DNA of 40,858 nt from Rhodospirillales bacterium (lineage in GTDB: Bacteria > Pseudomonadota > Alphaproteobacteria > Rhodospirillales > Casp-alpha2): positions 1-40,858 of the forward strand of contig JANQIJ010000341.1 in assembly GCA_028282185.1 (NCBI GenBank), written 5' to 3'. Of this stretch, positions 37,701 to 40,858 are shown in pieces. The position numbers and the translations under genes are program-made. Position 1 is the stretch's first letter; every line of letters begins with the position of its first letter. The notes beneath the pieces are model-generated. The model saw only the letters and a program-made list of their open reading frames with translations. It was not told where the DNA came from and did not search any database.

Positions 37701-37976
37701 AGCCAGTTGGCGAGCCCGTCGGTCGGGATGCGTTACCTGAACAACGTCTTGTCTCTTCAGCCGTCCAGATGGCTTTCCGCGATCGACGCGCCGACGCTGT
37801 TCGTGACGGGGGTGTTGGATAGCGTTGCGCGGCCCGCCGCGTCTTTTTCCTTCGGGGCGATGATGCCGAATGCGCGGGTCGTCGACATCGCCGGGGCCGG
37901 GCACTATCCGTTCTTGACCCATCCTGAAATTTTCAACGAGGCGCTCGCCGCGTTTCTTGAAGGACTGGAACAGTGA
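25743..37976 (+). CDS. Hybrid NRPS / trans-AT PKS 2: A(Cys) - PCP - KS - DH - KR - ACP - KS(+inserted ACP-like) - DH* - KR - ACP - alpha/beta hydrolase
   Basis: A domain FDLSIFD/WNSTP/SGDW/SLGGATEATVWS (Cys-type). PCP GLGSL. KS DTACSSS/HGTGT. DH HRIHGQAYIPG. KR TGGLGALG/LRD/YAFAN. ACP YGIDS. KS DTMCSSS/HGTGT. DH-like region lacking HxxxGxxxxP. KR GGSGAVG/YACAC. ACP YGVDS. Terminal hydrolase ASCFG..D..GHYP. ATG 25743 overlaps the upstream stop. Confidence 0.93.
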   Translation: MPSRGGNEPGPRDRALGPWNKTDCPFDRSARVEVMIEDRAARQPDKVAAVSADGELTFGELDRLANRLAFHLASRGVGPGKFVLLGLRREFSVLIAMLATLKCGGAFIPVDPDEPRERLARIARLDDVTHVISDPSLADLFAEFELQNLLFDVTALRKMPDADPIAVDKQAGDVAYGIATSGSSGSPKTVIVTHRSVVNLIEWMGAEFGIGPEDRVLWVSPVSFDLSIFDLLGMVALGGSLRMVDAEKRRDPVACSDILMDERITLWNSTPALLKSVVPFLSGKVKRRGEGGLRTVFVSGDWVPLDLPGEMKTVFPDADFVSLGGATEATVWSNFFRVDRVDAEWTSIPYGRPMRNARYYVLDESLNPCAPNEDGELFIAGACLAAGYLGDPELTRERFLADPFSGDGGARMYRTGDRARIWDDGTIELLGRIDDQVKISGYRVDLGDVEAALKRLGLRQCVAVAVPGISGTSRLVAAGVTGPELDLDDDWRSRLRDWLPGHMVPDELRFMESLPLTSNGKVDRQAVAALFLGDAKPSSRHVRAIGKQPPSNRPSLDGLKAFLRSEIAELRPGEEMAFSDDDPLGNVGLGSLDFANLSGRLFQEFGLRVSPVEFYDGGTINAFSKAVLAAWDTDPSSAVAPPDPASPAPENDYAEPEDDDAEKVAIIGIAARVPGAADADEFWDALAGGDTAFGRPPEAPRRSLSGEAGVTGAFLEDIDCFDAKFFDITPREAEAMDPRQRLLLEAAWTAVEDGGDDPGSLAGTRTGVFIGATGDDFSRLAHRDPDNIQAHTLTGLAPSVLANRISFALNLRGPSECIDTACSSSLVALHRAVASIAHGDCDAALVGGVSLMLDWTTHASLDRIGMLSPSGICRTFDARADGYVRGEGVGAVYLKRVEAARANGNPIHAVILGSAVNHGGRGVSLTAPTPSGQSAVIREAIESAGIDPATIGMVEAHGTGTSLGDPIEVRGLKDAFAEVAAKNGFDTPGARHCAIGSVKANIGHLEAAAGIIGLIKAVLSVGRGRVPPLPSFERLNEEISLDKSPFFIPDVCIPWPSAGDRRRAAVSSFGFGGANAHVIVECPPRSRHAPALPRGEEKPSVIAVSACTETALRRYAGIYARYFARLIDDGAGDHVLGVIGETSRDGRSSFEHRFACIASTFDDARAAFRDLADGRLSPGLCMPGQCDASLETAARRWVEGETDDWPPVRGGSPVRLRIPTYPFDRTRYWPRWLAAEGRRPAHPSTSEPEGSRTIDFSPYAPFADDHRIHGQAYIPGAVFIHVMHDVARTLIGGSEVRLKNLRMRANIENSILPETLRVRWAKAESGYKIRLAESDSGAEYCRAIVMPFDGATAKETLPETRDPDLGPEGFYALLGNYGIAPGPSLRVVERVYRSHGGRTGKLAADRGRHPSGAALIDGAFQLALFHQIETDAPAGLPVPVAIDEIRYHRPLPRGGWASVTSEDDPGSSGTLLKSDLTVFDSEGRVCLDLSGVSAILHSGPARSEQPRQVGFFAREWGGGPERAPPDDGSPNPGPPLAFGFGKDIDELTGAGMAAAVEGQAAALEPAADVARAFDRYRAVYGRTPPVSIVNIGDEDWRRSLEKLARISGYLVRRPPEAPVKLITVHLIDDDLSLVNALGQAAGAFCRSLRIENPDIVASSIGLKATPGASWAQGPVLEALKSLCNADTLPAEARLDVSRARLSVPDVMPVVDPSPPDLSPMAGGVYLVTGGLGALGRCIADHLTAHHQGKVMLCGRAPLDRDGEAFLSNLRRAGREIAYLPADVTDRSQVRRALARIRETFGALNGVVHCAGVLRDGLLARSSERDLIDVVAPKVAGAVHLDLETQDDDLDFFAVFSSLVSAMGNAGQTGYAFANGWLNGFARVRDARRRAGRRAGRTVAIGWGPWRDGSMRIPEPVFERVHSPAGVKPITNSAGGAAFVRALGMRRPSLLAIAGDQEKVARWLRRRPDETDGLDNRSDKDPASATAGASGEVEAAVTDMILDALVAESGLAPDDIDAHSPFEDYGIDSALVLALTERLEDRLGPLPKTLFFQYRTVSSLASHLSEKYADQLSEVGEKKDAAEEDPEKDTSEEEASVPASSPPVSATRGSRRDAADIAIIGMDARFPKADSAEAFWNNLAQGLDCVTEVPPERWDHQLVAPPGDPGFGPDTGFRWGGFINDAYAFDPRFFKVSQREAEMTDPQERQFLMSAYRCLENAGYPGQSLAGREVGVFAGVMWGQYEMWGLERGNAASSYASIANRVSYCFDFTGPSMAIDTMCSSSLTAIHLACVSLRSGESRAAIAGGVNINAHPNKHFFLCKRRFASPDGRCRAFGAEGDGYVPAEGVGTLLMKTRSAAERDGDEILGIIRGTAVNHGGRANGYTVPSPQAQTDVVRAALAEAGVPAESISYVEAHGTGTSLGDPIEVAALANAFGLGDSAPGSCALGSVKSNIGHAESAAGVAGVIKVLLQIRHAMLAPSIHCEPINPNIDFAGTPFYVPRKLSRWSAPDGGPLRAGVSSFGATGANAHVILEAPSTAGPATRPPTTRQVDGARHVVPLSAQTPRQLSEYIRALQHWLRERSPGNEEEQGLVLDAGDHPTDDQVLTETLRSIAEALDIDRRLVSPDDRFGDYGLSPERRAAIEGAISEKFGLGPDRPSLDEHGSPARLAAWLSHRAGPAGGPVPPEPQIGDIAYTLQTGRELMSERITFLAYSTEELRDLLEMASEADWSDSRIIRGTVDGVPDGEGQSPSEREFIAGLADAGKTEKLAELWCQGVPLDWTVMTPRGSRRRLDLPGYPFARVHCCVADPTLIVRGRAGPPHSLIDSVDFARSASTGLTFRKAVSSNSKALHLSPEDGNTHVRLEYLLAVATAALQLITPDGALEIEEIAWRPAPVSTLSVQELLVRLTPLGDGRHQARLFLDSDQEHVLASLVGRKASAVGDGLSDWPALADGCTPDFAQSEAASRFDGSGLRLWGGRSDPIHGADRVLVFEAQEPVGSADDPRGGEPWSALRGIFRAVALALGDGGDPVAHLDRFGVYGDVPKGGRVVVAVREDTAQAAPMGPAGDVCLELSGLSLQPGRREAPDVQASADVRETIFFPQAIEWSDVAGALTTPTGEHKSPRAAVIEGPGAQFLGRSVSASLGASLVDRLAVEAVPDLGKLQEWIEAVPDLEELIYVVGGPNIVLGPRDCLSGLKEALWPLLAFAKVLEARGPSGGRSGGGPALRLMTLGAHRTENEPINPVAAAVAALARSIAKEHRSADISSIDLTAAAKAAEINASVNQALRILRDPDRPATITALRGGRLYSPHLAPMSAGRGNGHTVFSEGDCFVIVGGSGAVGRQLSEALAERFGARIHWFGRRERLPGLSEAQKRIEGLGGRLSYHGADVTDPVQLQSAFDAVCSSGERIKAVFHCAMDFEIMRLAEGDPADLSKFIKAKTIGTINLLETQDQYPVDHMVLMSSAEVFAGNPGWGAYACACAFQDAVAQQCGPNMPGHLISIDWGYWDGSGRGNPSTLAAKGVYPIKAAKAVDALERLLHTDVIRCAAIDVGPAVLDKLGLSPPSDAVRRYSTPRPEAPATAQEKAEGPAGEENTRSDGAMRSVPPPSTPAQASLTAAPRAGHHDVAPPAAESELKTEERLKILLGQTLRIDPAEIESDTDLAVYGVDSITIVDFSVLIEEAFGQLPVEDIIDLTTVRAIAEYVDGLPATGPPVTDAGSRVKQDETCPDETLQEPDGGLTDQALAGPRDADGQGRDTVSERPSAAGGPRSPASAPPDGAGSLLLDYPRHFHRDEAATNETTTRGALNGSLQIRMVGPSPESATEVVSCGDGRPIICLPGIGLTAPIFHHQYDALTRDRRLLTIHAPGHGRSAPPAHASVDALVETLAETLALMKIEGPVDLIASCFGTVPALRLAHRMPERVRSLCLCGAFSEDEDLAAIPTEGLSAKDIADLTMAAAESLTRDFDGLMDAPENSRRRPQIESARKVLVASQLASPSVGMRYLNNVLSLQPSRWLSAIDAPTLFVTGVLDSVARPAASFSFGAMMPNARVVDIAGAGHYPFLTHPEIFNEALAAFLEGLEQ

Positions 37977-38605
37977 GCAATTCTCGAAAGAAGACGTCCA
38001 GTGCGCGCAAACGAAGGCTCCGGCCGGGGATGAACCTGCAGGAGTTCGAGGACCATTATTGGATGAAGGCCGATCTGATCGATTTCGCCCGGGACCTGGG
38101 ATTGGCGACGCATGGTTACAAGCCTGAACTCAAGGAACGCATCAGACGCCATCTTTGCGGCGAGGACCCCGTCGAGGCGCCGCCCAGGCCCTCCAGAAAC
38201 GCGCCTAGAGACTCGGACCGACCCCTGACCCGCCAGACGCCGGTTGTCAATTACAAGAGCGATAAGAAGACGCGGGCGTTCTTCAAGGCCGAGATCGGTC
38301 CTGAATTTCATTTTACCTTTCACGTAAACCAGTATCGGCTGAACAACGCCGGGCTGACTTACGGCGATCTGATCGATGAGTGGCTCGCGGAACGGGAGCG
38401 GCGGCGACGCAAGGGCTACAAGGCGAAAATCCCCGCGCAGACGGAATACAACCAGTTCGTGAGGGATTTCCTGGCCGACGAGGCCAACAAAGGAAAGGGG
38501 ATGAAGGAGGCGGCAAAAGCCTGGAACAAGGTGAAGCCCACGCGAAATCGCCGTTATTCACCGGCCAAGGCGGGCAAGCGGACCTCCGCTGAAAGGGATC
38601 CATGA
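37973..38605 (+). CDS. SAP-domain / DUF6434-like basic protein
   Basis: Motifs F..HYWMKADLIDFARDLGL...G.KPELKERI (SAP-like), RAFFKAEIGPEFHF, TYGDLIDEW, EYNQFVRDF, AAKAWN. GTGA and ATGA overlaps with both neighbours. Confidence 0.75.
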   Translation: MSNSRKKTSSARKRRLRPGMNLQEFEDHYWMKADLIDFARDLGLATHGYKPELKERIRRHLCGEDPVEAPPRPSRNAPRDSDRPLTRQTPVVNYKSDKKTRAFFKAEIGPEFHFTFHVNQYRLNNAGLTYGDLIDEWLAERERRRRKGYKAKIPAQTEYNQFVRDFLADEANKGKGMKEAAKAWNKVKPTRNRRYSPAKAGKRTSAERDP

Positions 38606-40779
38606 ACATGGAAACCGCAGGCGACGCGACGTTATCCAGGGCCCGCTTGAAAGCCATGCCGGACCTGGGCATGGGGAATTTTTTCTGGAAATGCCTGGAG
38701 GTTTACCCCGAGGACGGGAAACGCCTGATACCGGCGCGGCCGTTTGAGACGGCATGGGGCGAAAAAGTCGTTGAGCCGAGCCTCGGCGACCTGGGCCGGA
38801 TCGCCGAGAGGTACGCACGCTGTTTCAGGGGGCTCGGGATCGGACCGAGGGACCCGGTGGGCGTCTACGGCGATTTCGGCGCGACATATTTCTTGTATTT
38901 TCTGGCCCTTACGCGCATCGGTGCCGTTCCCGTTTTCGCCAACGACCGCATGGCGACGCAGGTTGCGGGGGACTATCTGTCCTTCACGTCCGTCCGTTAT
39001 GTCCTGACGGACCCGGAACGCCTGCCCGCGGTGCGGGCGGCCTTGTCCGGCCGCGACATGCGCGTCATCGCCGATCCGGAAATTCGCGCCGCCGATGAAG
39101 CGAGGCTGACGGCCTTCGAACATGGCTCCCATGACCCGGTGTTGATCACCCATTCCTCCGGCACAACGGGGCCCCCCAAGGCGGTGACCTCGCTCCACGA
39201 CCCCTATTTCTATTTTATGCGCCAGTCCTTGGACCGGCCGCGCGATCCCGCCACGCGGCGCACGGTCAGCGCGTTGCCGCCGGCGCACAATTCGGCGATC
39301 GGCGCGATTGCGCTCGCGTTGATCAATAACGAAGAAATCATCCTGGCCCCCGAACAGGACGCCGAGACGGTCGTCGACGCCGTAAATGCGTTCAAGGCGT
39401 CATGCGTGACGGCGTTTCCCCAGACCTACGTTGAAATCGTCGACGCCGACCCCGACCCCGAGCGCCTTGAGACGGTTGAGATGTGGATCAACCTTGGCGA
39501 TGCCGCGCACGAGGCGCACATCCGTCCTCTCATGCGCTACGGCCATCACCGGATTGGCCGGTCCGAACGCTCCGGATCCCGGTTTGTCGACGGCCTGGGG
39601 TCTTCCGAGATGGGATCGATGCTGTTCACGATGGTTCATCGGCCGGGGACGCCGCGGTTCGACAGATGCATCGGCAAACCCAATCCCTGGGTCGAGGCAA
39701 GGATACTCGACCGGGACGGCGGCCCCGTGCCCGATGGCCGTCCCGGTCTCTTGGCGGTGAAATCGCCCGGCCTTTTCGCCGGCTATTGGAACAACGATGA
39801 ACTGACCGAACGGTCGTTCCGGGATGGGCGTTTTCTGACCGGTGACGTGGTCCGCCGAGATGAACAGGGGTGGTTCTATCATCTGGACCGCGTCACGGAC
39901 TGGGTTGTTGCCGGGGACGAGCCGGTCTGCACCCTGGTCTATGAAGAGGCGATATTGAACGGGGTCGAGGCGTTGCTCGACTGCTGTGTCGTCGCCGACA
40001 CGACGGCCGAGGGTGACCTGCGAATGGCCTGCGTCGCCGTGCGCCGTCGTGACCGGCATGTGGACGAGGCCGAGATCGTCGACGCCATTGACGCGGCTCT
40101 TCGGCATGCGTCTCTTCGGAGCATGGACAGGGTCCGTCTGGCGTCGATGGCGGAGGTCCCCGTCGGCGTTACCGGAAAAGTCTTGAAACGCGCCCTTCGC
40201 GACGACCTGTTTTCCGCGTTCGAGCCCGATGCCGCCGGCGAACCTAGGTCCAGCTCTCCGGATCACGCGTCGGTTCACCCCGGCCACCCGGTGGCGGAAG
40301 GGGACAAGGTTCGTACCGAGGTCGTTCGTGGCGACTGGTCAGGGGGGTTCAATGGCAAAGGTCATGTCAAGATGGGTGACGTGTCGCATGTGGTGAGCGC
40401 GGCCCGCGGCCGAAGCGGGCCCGACGGTGGCACGAGCCCCTCGTCCTTGTTGGTGGCGGCGGCGAGCGGATGCTTCGTTCTGACCCTCGCCACCGTCCTC
40501 GAGCAGCGTCGGTTGGACGTGAAGGTGATTTCGATCGAGAGTGAGGGCCTGTTCGAAGGATCGGCGCCGCCGGAACTCGTGGCGATCGTTCACCGGCCGA
40601 CCGTATCGCTCGTCACCGGTTCCATGTCGGAGGTGGCGGAAGTCCGAAAATGTTTCACTGCCGCGAAAACGATGTGTCTGGCCACCCGGGCGATGCCGAC
40701 CGTCAACGTCTCCGTCGAGGGGGCGACGGAAGTCATCCGTCCCCGGGCGGAGACAACCACTAGAGCATCGGGCGCATAG
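38602..40779 (+). CDS. Class I adenylate-forming enzyme (acyl-CoA ligase-like) fused to a C-terminal OsmC/Ohr-like domain
   Basis: ANL motifs THSSGTTGPPKAV, GLGSSEMG, AGYWN, LTGD, TGKVLKR. In-frame Pro/Ser/His linker, then W.GG..G.G, GTSPSSLLVAAASGC, IVHRP, MCLATRA (two OsmC-type Cys). Confidence 0.85.
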   Translation: MNMETAGDATLSRARLKAMPDLGMGNFFWKCLEVYPEDGKRLIPARPFETAWGEKVVEPSLGDLGRIAERYARCFRGLGIGPRDPVGVYGDFGATYFLYFLALTRIGAVPVFANDRMATQVAGDYLSFTSVRYVLTDPERLPAVRAALSGRDMRVIADPEIRAADEARLTAFEHGSHDPVLITHSSGTTGPPKAVTSLHDPYFYFMRQSLDRPRDPATRRTVSALPPAHNSAIGAIALALINNEEIILAPEQDAETVVDAVNAFKASCVTAFPQTYVEIVDADPDPERLETVEMWINLGDAAHEAHIRPLMRYGHHRIGRSERSGSRFVDGLGSSEMGSMLFTMVHRPGTPRFDRCIGKPNPWVEARILDRDGGPVPDGRPGLLAVKSPGLFAGYWNNDELTERSFRDGRFLTGDVVRRDEQGWFYHLDRVTDWVVAGDEPVCTLVYEEAILNGVEALLDCCVVADTTAEGDLRMACVAVRRRDRHVDEAEIVDAIDAALRHASLRSMDRVRLASMAEVPVGVTGKVLKRALRDDLFSAFEPDAAGEPRSSSPDHASVHPGHPVAEGDKVRTEVVRGDWSGGFNGKGHVKMGDVSHVVSAARGRSGPDGGTSPSSLLVAAASGCFVLTLATVLEQRRLDVKVISIESEGLFEGSAPPELVAIVHRPTVSLVTGSMSEVAEVRKCFTAAKTMCLATRAMPTVNVSVEGATEVIRPRAETTTRASGA

Positions 40780-40843
40780 GCTGAATCTTTTTAGGGATTC
40801 CCTTTTTGTCTGATTTGTGATTCACGGTAGTCGGAGGTGGATC

Positions 40844-40858
40844 ATGGGCAGACCCTTA
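40844..40858 (+). CDS. Start of a further gene, truncated by the window edge (product unknown)
   Basis: Strong RBS GGAGGTGG followed by ATG GGC AGA CCC TTA, open to the end of the window. Confidence 0.5.

Noticed and set aside
40823-40834. CACGGTAGTCGG as an ops/JUMPstart antitermination element
   Set aside because: Only a partial match to GGCGGTAG, and it abuts the RBS of the next gene.
1-40858. CRISPR arrays, tRNA/rRNA genes, transposases or integrases
   Set aside because: No regularly spaced repeats, RNA-gene signatures or recombinase motifs were seen by eye.

Overview
GC-rich bacterial window; gene content suggests an alphaproteobacterium (inference). It has three blocks. (1) 1-4721 is the tail of a catabolic locus: hydantoinase B/oxoprolinase (truncated by the left edge), a D-cysteine desulfhydrase-family enzyme, a second large PLP enzyme, and a convergent mandelate-racemase-family enzyme. 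A probable ricin-type lectin remnant follows. (2) 5452-15094 is a compact nucleotide-sugar and glycosyl-transfer locus: rmlB, rmlA (no rmlC/D), a fused FdtA-type 3,4-ketoisomerase/FdtB-type aminotransferase, an ACP-GNAT-VOC cassette, a GT61 glycosyltransferase, a metallo-beta-lactamase+Rieske protein resembling mycobacterial NamH (N-acetyl to N-glycolyl hydroxylase) and a TylF O-methyltransferase. (3) 15381-40858 holds an Sfp-type PPTase divergent from an AT-less (trans-AT) hybrid NRPS-PKS operon: an AroD-like TIM barrel, a DUF1579-like protein, megasynthase 1 (C*-A-PCP-KS-ACP-Cy-Cy), megasynthase 2 (A[Cys]-PCP-KS-DH-KR-ACP-KS-[ACP*]-DH*-KR-ACP-hydrolase with Cys nucleophile), a SAP/DUF6434-like protein, an adenylating enzyme fused to an OsmC-like domain, and a further gene starting at the right edge. 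I do not recognise this cluster as a characterised pathway. It predicts a short thiazoline polyketide with a non-alpha-amino-acid starter, possibly beta-lactone release, and possibly an N-glycolyl/O-methyl 3-aminosugar. All family calls are by-eye motif recognition and domain coordinates are approximate; no searches were run. No rRNA, tRNA, CRISPR array or transposase was seen.
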